DNA of 64,000 bases from an uncultured Pseudomonadales bacterium (GTDB lineage: Bacteria; Patescibacteriota; Microgenomatia; UBA1400; PJMF01): the NCBI GenBank assembly GCA_964637295.1, contig CAZWWE010000001.1:188312-252311 (forward strand), given 5' to 3'. A program made the translations under genes and the position numbers. The stretch's first letter is position 1, and the number at the start of each line of letters is the position of its first letter. The notes below the pieces were generated by a model. That model ran no database searches, was not told where the DNA came from, and saw only the letters and a list, made by a program, of their open reading frames with translations. Of the stretch, positions 41,543 through 50,106 are shown in pieces.

Positions 41543-43028
41543 ATCTCAGCAAATCGTTGATTCAGGAGCAATTTTAGCACTACTAGTTTTTTTGAGTCTG
41601 TCTTTATTAGTACAAAACGTAAAAATTTTTTATGTTTTAGCTTTTAGCTTTTTTGCTTTCTTAACCTTAACTTTTTCTTTTCCAAAAGCTTTCATCTATT
41701 CAACCATTCCTTTCAGCTTCGTAAGCTTAGCTCAAGTTCACCCAATTCTCGTTGTACCTACAAAAGCTATCGTCACAAACCAATATTGGGAAGGCAGACA
41801 TATTGTTTTTAGTTTTGCGCCATATTTTTTTATCTCTTTAATTGCACTGATATCAATAGCAAGTTGGAAAAAAAAGCTCAAAAGTAGAAATCAATTAACT
41901 AATATCGAAAAGCTTGTCATTATTTCCTTTGCTTGTGGTATTTTGTCTGGAATTTATGGCAGTTTAATAAGTACTCTGAGTGTTTTTAGTGTGTTTTCTC
42001 AGTTTTTAGGAGTTTTGTGGGCTTGGTATTTAAGCAAAAGTTTAAAAGTTGCCAACCAATTACAAAAACAAAGCATTTGGCTCACTTTATTTACAATTAT
42101 TGCCATCATCATTAGCTTTGAATCGCTAATTGTTTTTAAACAAACAATTTCTAAATCACCAGCTGGTTTGGCAATTGAGAAGACCGGTTTTGCTCCTGCG
42201 TTCGGAGCTGGAGCTGATGAAAACATCGGCGAATTTAGGCCATTTGGTTTACAGGCTCACCCAAATGGTTTGGCAAACAAACAGCTAATTCTTGGGTTTT
42301 CTGCTTGGTTGATTTTCTTGCAATTAAAATTTAAAAAATCGTCTAAAATTGCACAACACGCGCAAAACGCTTTGACCTTTATTTTAAGCTTAATGCTGAT
42401 TAACATCATTTTATCTCTGAGCCGCGCAGTTTACTTAGGATTATTTGTTGGCAGTTTGTTCATTTTTTTAAGACAGCGTAAAGAATCGTTTAGATTTATT
42501 CAGAAATTAAAAAAAACATTCAATCATTGGCCAACTAGATATAAATTTTTATTTCTATTATTTGCTTACATTTTAATCTTCAAGCTTGGAACAAGAATGA
42601 TCAATAGTATTTATTCTTTTTCTGAATTTGGCGGTGTTAACACTAGATTAGAACAATACAAAGAAGCAATAGAGGTATTCAAAAAAAGTCCAATTTTTGG
42701 CATCGGTGATGAAATGTTTATTCCTACTTCCTATCAATTATTTCCCAGTGGAGTGATGACTTATTTTCCAGAAAACGTTCACAATGGTTTTTTACTTTTT
42801 ACAATTGAACGAGGTCTGTTGGGTTTAATTGTTTATCTGATTTTTATAATTTTAACTGTTATCAAAATAAGTCAAAGTAAAATTAAGAAAATTAATAAAA
42901 GTATAGTATACTCAGGCTTGATTGCAATTTTTTCAGTAATGATCTTTCATCCAGAAAAAAATTTTTTTAATATTTTTCTGCTCTTAGCGCTAGTAATAAC
43001 CGACCTTAACTATGAAAAAAATCTATAA
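41517..43028 (+). CDS. O-antigen ligase/polymerase (Wzy_C) family membrane protein
   Basis: RPFG..HPN, SLSRA, PIFGIG, VHNGFLL..ERG. ATG at 41517 is preferred over the TTG at 41493. Confidence 0.82.
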   Translation: MWQIKKLFKSQQIVDSGAILALLVFLSLSLLVQNVKIFYVLAFSFFAFLTLTFSFPKAFIYSTIPFSFVSLAQVHPILVVPTKAIVTNQYWEGRHIVFSFAPYFFISLIALISIASWKKKLKSRNQLTNIEKLVIISFACGILSGIYGSLISTLSVFSVFSQFLGVLWAWYLSKSLKVANQLQKQSIWLTLFTIIAIIISFESLIVFKQTISKSPAGLAIEKTGFAPAFGAGADENIGEFRPFGLQAHPNGLANKQLILGFSAWLIFLQLKFKKSSKIAQHAQNALTFILSLMLINIILSLSRAVYLGLFVGSLFIFLRQRKESFRFIQKLKKTFNHWPTRYKFLFLLFAYILIFKLGTRMINSIYSFSEFGGVNTRLEQYKEAIEVFKKSPIFGIGDEMFIPTSYQLFPSGVMTYFPENVHNGFLLFTIERGLLGLIVYLIFIILTVIKISQSKIKKINKSIVYSGLIAIFSVMIFHPEKNFFNIFLLLALVITDLNYEKNL

Positions 43029-43857
43029 ATTTCAAACCATTGATATTTTAAGCTTGTTCGCGATTTTCTTTTTTACTGCCATTATTTACTTTTTCTTCAG
43101 CAGAAAAACAGAATATTTAAATATCACACTAAGACTTTTTAATCAAGATTCTCCAGAATATAGTCTTGACAGCAACCAGACCAAAGCTTGGTATGTTGAG
43201 CAAGTAAAAAAGGGCAAGGCTCAAAAAAACCTATTTGGCGAAACTCTAATAGAGATTGCGGATGTTTATAGTTACCCAAATGGTCATGTCTATAATGACG
43301 TCTATGTCACCCTCAAAATCAAAGCTGTCCAAAATAAAACAACTAAGCAGTATGTTTATGAAGGCAGTCCACTTTTAATTCATGATGTGAAATCTTTTAA
43401 AGTTCAAGATCTGCTAATTAATGGAGAAATTATTGATCTTAACAATCAACCAAGAGAAACTAAAAAATTCAAAGTTGTCTTTGAACTAAATGAAATGAGA
43501 ATAAATTATGATTTTGTTAATAATAGTCAAGCTATGGTGAAGGGTGTAAATAATTACATCGCTGATTTGATGAAGCAAGATCTGGCTATTAAGGATAGCA
43601 GCGGTAATGAATTGGTAAAGATAAACAAGGTCGAAAAAAAACCAGGTCTTAGACTCTTAGCAACGGAAAAGGGTCTAATCAAACTAACAGATCCAGATAG
43701 AACTCAAGTCATTTTATACACTGATTTAATTGCTGAAAAAATTAATAATCACTACTATTATCGCAAAGAAGAACCTTTAATGGTAGATGAAGTTATTTAT
43801 TTAACTTTTGAACAGATCACTGTCTCTGGAACAATCATTTCTATAGAATCATATTAA
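43012..43857 (+). CDS. Single-TM protein with two DUF4330-like beta domains
   Basis: TM followed by two similar segments ending YVYEGSPL..I...GEII and YYYRKEEPL..SGTII. Confidence 0.55.
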   Translation: MKKIYKFQTIDILSLFAIFFFTAIIYFFFSRKTEYLNITLRLFNQDSPEYSLDSNQTKAWYVEQVKKGKAQKNLFGETLIEIADVYSYPNGHVYNDVYVTLKIKAVQNKTTKQYVYEGSPLLIHDVKSFKVQDLLINGEIIDLNNQPRETKKFKVVFELNEMRINYDFVNNSQAMVKGVNNYIADLMKQDLAIKDSSGNELVKINKVEKKPGLRLLATEKGLIKLTDPDRTQVILYTDLIAEKINNHYYYRKEEPLMVDEVIYLTFEQITVSGTIISIESY

Positions 43858-43870
43858 TTTTGATTAATTT

Positions 43871-44752
43871 ATGAATAAGCTGCCGAAGATTTCCATCGTC
43901 ACTCCATCCTACAATCAGGGCAAATTCCTCAAACAAACCATTGACTCCATTCTTTCACAAGATTATGCCAATTTTGAATACGTGGTCATCGATGGCGGTT
44001 CAAGCGATAACAGTCTAGAGATCATTAAGAAATATCAAAAAAAACTCAAGTATTTTGAGAGCAAAAAAGATCGCGGTCAGTCTCATGCTATTAACAAAGG
44101 TTTCGCCAAAACAGATGGCGAAATCATGGCCTGGCTCAACAGCGATGACATCTATCGTCCAGGAACTTTGAAATTGGTAGCAAGCATTTTTGCACAATTT
44201 CCTGAAATAAATTGGTTGACTTGTCTGCCTTCCACCATCAATGAAGATGGCTACCAAATTTATTTAGCCAAACCCCCACTTTACCTTAGATATTTTTTGC
44301 AAAAAGGCTGGTATGTGAGAAAACTATTTGGTTTTGTAATGCAGGAAGGCACTTTTTGGCGACGCTCTTTATGGGAAAAGACTGGTGGAAAAGTCGATGA
44401 ACAATCACACTTCGCCATGGACGTAAAACTTTGGCAAAGCTTTGCTAAATTTTCTCCTTTGCATTACGTAGAGGCTTCACTAGCTTCCTACCGATTAAAT
44501 CCAAACAGAAAAAGCAATGACGACCATAAAAAATGCTATCAAGAGATGAGCTTACGAATGCCTAGCTTATTAAGTGTTTTGATTAAAGTAATTTGGCGAC
44601 AAATAGAAAAAATTGCCCACGCAAGTAAATTATTTCCAAGTATTTATTTTGATCAAAAAAGCCTAGTTTGGAAATTTCACAAAAATCTATTTGAGGTAAA
44701 AACCTTCCAATTGCTTAGCGATACTAAGCCAAGAAAGACGCTTGGCAAGTAA
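43871..44752 (+). CDS. GT2 glycosyltransferase
   Basis: ISIVTPSYNQG, IDGGSSD, GQSHAINKG, WLNSDD, FWRRSLW. Confidence 0.92.
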   Translation: MNKLPKISIVTPSYNQGKFLKQTIDSILSQDYANFEYVVIDGGSSDNSLEIIKKYQKKLKYFESKKDRGQSHAINKGFAKTDGEIMAWLNSDDIYRPGTLKLVASIFAQFPEINWLTCLPSTINEDGYQIYLAKPPLYLRYFLQKGWYVRKLFGFVMQEGTFWRRSLWEKTGGKVDEQSHFAMDVKLWQSFAKFSPLHYVEASLASYRLNPNRKSNDDHKKCYQEMSLRMPSLLSVLIKVIWRQIEKIAHASKLFPSIYFDQKSLVWKFHKNLFEVKTFQLLSDTKPRKTLGK

Positions 44753-45856
44753 TCTGGCATTTCGACTAAGTTGCTTTATTTTTTGTGGCTGATCAAGCAG
44801 CTCGGCAATGGCTTTAGCAAAAAGTTTTGGATTTTCTGAGGCCAAAATGCCAACTTTTTCTCTCTCAAGAATTTTTTTGACTTCCCCGGTTGGATTAGCG
44901 ATCACTGGACGTCCAGCCGCCAAATAATCACCTAGTTTATTGGGGAATTTACCCAAATTAATTTCTTTATTAGCAAAAGGCAACAACATCAGATCTCCTG
45001 CAGCTAAGTAATAACCCAACAAATCTCTAGACACAACTCCAGGACGCAATACTTTTTTCTGCAAAGCTTGATTTCTAAAAGTCAATTCTTCTTCAAAAAT
45101 TTTGATAGCTGGCCCAAGCAACATTAGCTTGATGTCTTTGCGAAGTTTATTAAGTTCAACAAAAGTCTGTGCCAAAAGTTTTTCGTCATAAGTGCCCACG
45201 TATAAATAAACTAGAATTTTATCTGCAAGAGATAAATTGATTTTCCTGCGAGCAATCTCCTGAGAAATTGGCTCGATTTGACTGACATCCGCTCCGACTC
45301 CTAGAAAAAAAATGTTTTGTTTTTTTCCTCTAATTAGCCGTGCTTTCCTTACTAAATCATCGCTGATGGGCGTAACAGCAAAAGGCAATTTGATCATTAG
45401 CTTTTCCATGTAATGATCAACGTTTGTGGTGATGAATCTCATCGGCCCGTACCTGAGGTCTGCAATGCCTCCTTTGCCCCATAAATCAGCCCAATCTAAA
45501 AACCATTTAGTTTTTCTGCAAAAAAAAGTTTTAATTAAAGCTGGTAAAGTGGCGGCTGGACGATGGTTAAAACTGTGAATCACATCACACTTTGAAAACA
45601 AAACCACCAAACTACGGAATAACAAATCAAAAGGATCATAACCACCCTTACGAATGCGTTTTGGCAAAAAACCAATCGACTCAATTACTAAAACCCCATT
45701 CTCGATAGATTTTTTTGGTAAAAGTGCAAAGTTTTTAGCACTGGTCCACAAAGTTACTTGGTGCCCCAATTTTACCAAGCCTCCAGCCAAGGATAAGGCT
45801 CTTAGATAGCTGCCACCAATTTCTTTGGCTTCGTAGGTGGAAAAAATAATTTTCAT
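44687..45856 (-). CDS. GT4 glycosyltransferase
   Basis: GHQVT, DWADLW, FPNKLGDYLAAGRPVI. Confidence 0.88.
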   Translation of the reverse strand: MKIIFSTYEAKEIGGSYLRALSLAGGLVKLGHQVTLWTSAKNFALLPKKSIENGVLVIESIGFLPKRIRKGGYDPFDLLFRSLVVLFSKCDVIHSFNHRPAATLPALIKTFFCRKTKWFLDWADLWGKGGIADLRYGPMRFITTNVDHYMEKLMIKLPFAVTPISDDLVRKARLIRGKKQNIFFLGVGADVSQIEPISQEIARRKINLSLADKILVYLYVGTYDEKLLAQTFVELNKLRKDIKLMLLGPAIKIFEEELTFRNQALQKKVLRPGVVSRDLLGYYLAAGDLMLLPFANKEINLGKFPNKLGDYLAAGRPVIANPTGEVKKILEREKVGILASENPKLFAKAIAELLDQPQKIKQLSRNARLLAKRLSWLSIAKQLEGFYLK

Positions 45857-46602
45857 GAGTTCTTTTTTTTAATTCTTTCAAGCAAAAGTGAAAATAAATA
45901 TTTTGGAATTGTGATCAAATACCTACGCCACAGTCTTTTTGGCTCAGTGACTAAACGAAAAAACCACTCCAAACCATTTTTTTGCATCCATTTGGGAGCT
46001 TGTTTTTGTTGTTTAGTTAAAAAGTCAAAGGCTGCCCCCACACAATAGACATCAACTTTTTTATAATTAGCCTTAAACCAATTGGCAAGTTTGATCTGCT
46101 TAGGGGAACCTATGCCAATCCAGACTATGCCTGGTCCAGAAAACTCAATTTTTTCTAAATAATTAAATTCTTGCTTCTGATTTAAACCTTTCGGTAAAAA
46201 AGCAAACTTAGCTGGCAGCGTTGGATATTGATTGGCAATAAAAGTGGACATTTTCAGCATCGTAACTTTGTCTGGAGCTAAAAATAAATTCTTTTGAGAA
46301 AATTTGCTTTTAGCATTTTTGTCTAAAATTGCCAAAATTAACTCTGGACCATAAACGCGATCGATTGTTCTGTGAGTTTTAGAACGCAAAAAATAAGTCA
46401 AAAACATGCTGTCACAAGTACACAAATCGACTTTATGATAGTACAACCACGATTGTTTTTCTTTGCTTAAGGCCAACTCATGCAAAGTCGTGGGAAAAAT
46501 AATGCGAGAAGAACTTTTCTTCATCGAATAAGCAAAAATCTGCTCAACAACTTTTTCAAATTTGCCAATTAAAAATGGCATTCTGTCTAAATAAATTAAC
46601 AT
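45853..46602 (-). CDS. WecB/TagA/CpsF family glycosyltransferase
   Basis: RVYGPEL, VWIGIGSPKQ, VGAAFDF, APKWMQKNGLEWFFRLVTEPKRLWRRY. Confidence 0.92.
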   Translation of the reverse strand: MLIYLDRMPFLIGKFEKVVEQIFAYSMKKSSSRIIFPTTLHELALSKEKQSWLYYHKVDLCTCDSMFLTYFLRSKTHRTIDRVYGPELILAILDKNAKSKFSQKNLFLAPDKVTMLKMSTFIANQYPTLPAKFAFLPKGLNQKQEFNYLEKIEFSGPGIVWIGIGSPKQIKLANWFKANYKKVDVYCVGAAFDFLTKQQKQAPKWMQKNGLEWFFRLVTEPKRLWRRYLITIPKYLFSLLLERIKKKNS

Positions 46603-46729
46603 AATCTAAAACATCTGGTATTATGTCACCACTGAGCAAATAGAGAAATAATAAAAAGTGAAAGCAAGACTTTCAAAAAAATTTTGATGCAGTGCATAAA
46701 ATCTTTAATGAACATAAATTTTTTACTAA

Positions 46730-47737
46730 ATGAAAAAAATAATTATATTACCAACTGCTTGGCAAGAACAAACCACCGATTTTCAAAAGCAAACTAAAAA
46801 ATATTTGTCTGATAAAAATATTGTTTTTGGAATTAATTTAAACAATAAACACGCAAATATAAAAATATTTTTTTTATTTTTAATCTTAAAAACAATCAAA
46901 ATTATTAATAAAAAAGAAATAATATTGTGGATAAATCAATTTCAAACATATGCGTTTTTTTATAGAAAAAAACACATTTTTAACAAAATTATTTATGATT
47001 GTGTTGATTATCCAAAAAACGAATTAGCAGGCAAAAATCTTACAGAAAAAATGTTAATAAAAAATTGTCACTACATGTTTGTTAATTCAAAAACATTAAA
47101 AAATGAATATTTGAAACTTAGAAAGAAAATAATTATAGTTCCGCAAGGTTTTAGAGATGATGTATTTAAATCATCAATAACAAAAAAAGAAAAACAAGAA
47201 AGAAAGAAAATAGGTTATATCGGGGGAATAAATTTCAGATTAAACTATGACTTGTTAGACAAAATAATTAAAAAAAAACAAGAGTACGATTTTGTATTTT
47301 GGGGGCCAATTACTGACTATGAACCGAACCAACTAAATAAAATAGAAAAATTATTAAAAAATAAAAATGTTATTTATGGATATTCTGAAGACAAGAATGA
47401 AATTCCAAACATAATTAATAGCTTTGATTTATGTATCATACCTTATGACGTTTCTAAGAAATTTAATCAATTCTGTTATCCAATGAAGGTGATGGAATAC
47501 TTTTATATGCAAAAAAAAATAGTTTCTGCTCCAATAGAAGAATTAAAAAAATACAAAAAATATATTACCATAGCAAACAATTATGAAGAATGGATTTCTA
47601 GTATAGACAAATCACTTATAGATACAATTGACAAAAAAGAAAAAATAGAGATGAGAAAAATAGCTATAAATAATTCTTGGGAGAAAAAAATAAAGAAAAT
47701 GGAAAAATTGATTGATAATGAGTTAAATTTTAAATAA
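46730..47737 (+). CDS. GT-B glycosyltransferase (TuaH-like), paralog of 39534..40619
   Basis: YDCVD, VPQGF, FDLCIIPYD, CYPMKVMEYFY. Extremely AT-rich. Confidence 0.82.
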   Translation: MKKIIILPTAWQEQTTDFQKQTKKYLSDKNIVFGINLNNKHANIKIFFLFLILKTIKIINKKEIILWINQFQTYAFFYRKKHIFNKIIYDCVDYPKNELAGKNLTEKMLIKNCHYMFVNSKTLKNEYLKLRKKIIIVPQGFRDDVFKSSITKKEKQERKKIGYIGGINFRLNYDLLDKIIKKKQEYDFVFWGPITDYEPNQLNKIEKLLKNKNVIYGYSEDKNEIPNIINSFDLCIIPYDVSKKFNQFCYPMKVMEYFYMQKKIVSAPIEELKKYKKYITIANNYEEWISSIDKSLIDTIDKKEKIEMRKIAINNSWEKKIKKMEKLIDNELNFK

Positions 47738-47859
47738 AAATATATTATTAATTGCAGATTGTCTTGAAAGAGAGGCGCCTAGCTAGAATAAACAATTTTT
47801 TTATTGAACAAATGGATTACAAGTCTAAAATAATAATAAAAAAATAAAATCTAAAATAA

Positions 47860-48573
47860 TTAAATGCATAAAAAAAGAAAATTTTTTTGACAATTTTTAA
47901 TTAAGTAATCTTTCCATTGACTAACCACTATGACAGTGGTTTCGTTCTTTAGCGTTTTCTGAATGATTTTTTCTGACTTTTTCCTAAACTCTTCATCCCC
48001 CATATTCATCACCTCATCCAACAATAAAATGTCTGGTTCTGCATGTATCGCCACACTGAATCCCAACCTCAGTTTCATACCACTTGAATAAGTATAAAGT
48101 GGCGCAGTGATAAAATCACCAATACCAGCAAAGTCTACAATTTGGGCGAATTTAGCCTCAATTTCTTCTTTAGACATACCAATTACCAAGCCATTAAGAA
48201 AAATATTTTCCTGACCAGTTAAATCTGGATGAAAACCAGCTTCCAAGTCAATTAATGAAATAATTCTTCCTTTGGTCTTCACTTTTCCTTCAGTTGGAGC
48301 AGAGATACCGGCAATAATTTTTAACAAAGTGGTCTTACCTGCACCATTAGGCCCGTAAAATCCCACTTTTTCACCCCTTCGAATTTGTAAGTTTACATTT
48401 TTTAACGCCCAATATTCTTCTCTCGGTTGGAAACGTAATTTTCTACCAACATCCTCAGCGAAAGTTGGCTTTTCGTGATGAACGATGTATTTTTTACCCA
48501 CTCCTTGCAAATCAATCACCACCTCACCAGGATTTTTGCTTTTGTGTAGAATTTCTTCTTTTAAAATTGTCAT
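47860..48573 (-). CDS. wzt: Polysaccharide ABC exporter ATP-binding subunit (Wzt/TagH-like), possibly impaired
   Basis: GPNGAGKTT, GFHPDLTGQENI, YSSGMKLRLGFS, ILLLDE. The switch reads SQ instead of SH and the C-terminus is short. Confidence 0.85.
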   Translation of the reverse strand: MTILKEEILHKSKNPGEVVIDLQGVGKKYIVHHEKPTFAEDVGRKLRFQPREEYWALKNVNLQIRRGEKVGFYGPNGAGKTTLLKIIAGISAPTEGKVKTKGRIISLIDLEAGFHPDLTGQENIFLNGLVIGMSKEEIEAKFAQIVDFAGIGDFITAPLYTYSSGMKLRLGFSVAIHAEPDILLLDEVMNMGDEEFRKKSEKIIQKTLKNETTVIVVSQWKDYLIKNCQKNFLFLCI

Positions 48574-48595
48574 ATTTTCATTTAATTAACTCATC

Positions 48596-48756
48596 TAAAC
48601 CTCGTACTCAAATATGAAATCATTGAAGTCGCTGACTGAGCAATAAAGAATCTTACTTTGTTTTTTAACAGCGACTTCACTGAGCGAGACAAAGGCTGGT
48701 TTGTCATTAAGCAAAAATTTTAGTCGAGCGTGTTTCATATTTGAGTACGAGGTTTA
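48596..48756. mobile_element. 161-bp MITE-like palindromic element between wzm and wzt
   Basis: Perfect 24-bp TIR TAAACCTCGTACTCAAATATGAAA (48596-48619 / 48733-48756) with TA at both ends. Inner stem TGAAGTCGCTG/CAGCGACTTCA. The outer end is the wzm stop codon. Confidence 0.7.
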
Positions 48757-49560
48757 TAACCAATCATCAAAATTTTTATTTTCCTTACTAAAAACTCTCC
48801 ACCCCAAATAAAACACAAGCGCCACAATCACCAAGCTCACCGGAGCAAGTTCAAGCAAACTAATCGGCAATCCCATCAAAGCATAATGAAACAGCTCAAC
48901 AATAAAAGTCATCGGGTTTAAATAAAACAAAGGTCGCAACATTTCTGGCAAAAGATTCAAAGCATAAATCACCGGCGTGGCATAAAACCACAACATCACC
49001 GCCAATTGCACCATGAAATTCACATCGCGAAAACGCACGTTGAGCGAAGCGGTTAATAAAGACAAACCAACCGTAAAAACCAGCAATAACAACAAAGCTG
49101 GTAATAGCCATAACATGCGTCCCAAATAGGCCGCCAGCGCCAAAACACCATAGCCTTCCAAAAACAACTTATCTGCCACTAAGGCCGCCACCAACAATAA
49201 TAAAGCCACCAAAAAATGAAACAGGTTGGACAAAATGATTGATAAAATGATCGCCTCGCGAGGAAACTTAGCTTTTTTAATCAAATTGCGTTCGTAAAAA
49301 AAAGCAGGCGTGGTTTTGGTCAAACTTTGCGCAAAAAAATTCCAAGGCAAAAGACCAGCAAACAAAAACAAAAAATAATTATCAACGTGCACCGGCACAA
49401 AAAACTGAAAAACAAAGCCCATCACTAACATTTGTGATAAGGGGTTGATCACGATCCACAGAAAACCCAACACGGCATGTTTATAACGCGCCTTAATTTC
49501 CTTTTGGGTCATCACCCACAAAAAATCGAGCCAATAACGAGCCTGATGAGATACAACCAT
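48754..49560 (-). CDS. wzm: Polysaccharide ABC exporter permease (Wzm/TagG-like)
   Basis: EIKARYK..LGFLW..INPL, GLLPW.FF, FRDV, FYATPVIY, NPM. Start MVVSH at 49560 is preferred. Confidence 0.92.
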   Translation of the reverse strand: MVVSHQARYWLDFLWVMTQKEIKARYKHAVLGFLWIVINPLSQMLVMGFVFQFFVPVHVDNYFLFLFAGLLPWNFFAQSLTKTTPAFFYERNLIKKAKFPREAIILSIILSNLFHFLVALLLLVAALVADKLFLEGYGVLALAAYLGRMLWLLPALLLLLVFTVGLSLLTASLNVRFRDVNFMVQLAVMLWFYATPVIYALNLLPEMLRPLFYLNPMTFIVELFHYALMGLPISLLELAPVSLVIVALVFYLGWRVFSKENKNFDDWL

Positions 49561-49639
49561 ATCAGTCTCATACAATAGCACAAGAAGATCCTCTTGCAAA
49601 GCGAAATAAAAATGAGTTATTCTTAATTGACGTCTATAC

Positions 49640-50092
49640 ATGTATAAACCCAAAGATTTTTTGCCAGCCAAATATGGATCTAAAGCTACTACTAAGCCTA
49701 TGGTCTCTTCCCCTTGGAATGATTTAGCTAAAACTCCTAAAATTCCAGATTACGAGAGACCAGCTGAGATGAGTCCTGATCATAAACTCACTGAGCTAAA
49801 GGCCATCGATCAACAAAATCAACAAACAAAAACAACTCCAAGTGCTGAAGCTGTGACTTCCAAAGCTTCATTGGGTAAAAAGCCCACGCTGATAAATCAG
49901 AAACTCGCCGGCTTACTAATGGTTTTCTTTTTAGTCATTGGAGTTTTTGCTAGCTACATGTTGAGCAAACAGAATCAAGATCTGAGACAAAAAGCATATG
50001 TGCCCGACGAACCAAGCGATCCTTATCCTGAAGGAGAAATTTGTACTAACCCAGATGGATGCGTAATTGGGTGGGAAATTGTTGAAAAATAA
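49640..50092 (+). CDS. Single-TM protein carrying the PKDFLPAKY / QDLRQKA leader and only a ~30-aa external tail
   Basis: 150-aa ORF whose leader is clearly homologous to that of 14794..15969. Confidence 0.75.
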   Translation: MYKPKDFLPAKYGSKATTKPMVSSPWNDLAKTPKIPDYERPAEMSPDHKLTELKAIDQQNQQTKTTPSAEAVTSKASLGKKPTLINQKLAGLLMVFFLVIGVFASYMLSKQNQDLRQKAYVPDEPSDPYPEGEICTNPDGCVIGWEIVEK

Positions 50093-50106
50093 AATATTTA
50101 AAACAA

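Noticed and set aside
48595-48738. 47-codon minus-strand ORF (MKHARLKFLL...) between wzm and wzt
   Set aside because: It coincides with the palindromic element and the frame is not kept in the related copy at 57275-57448.
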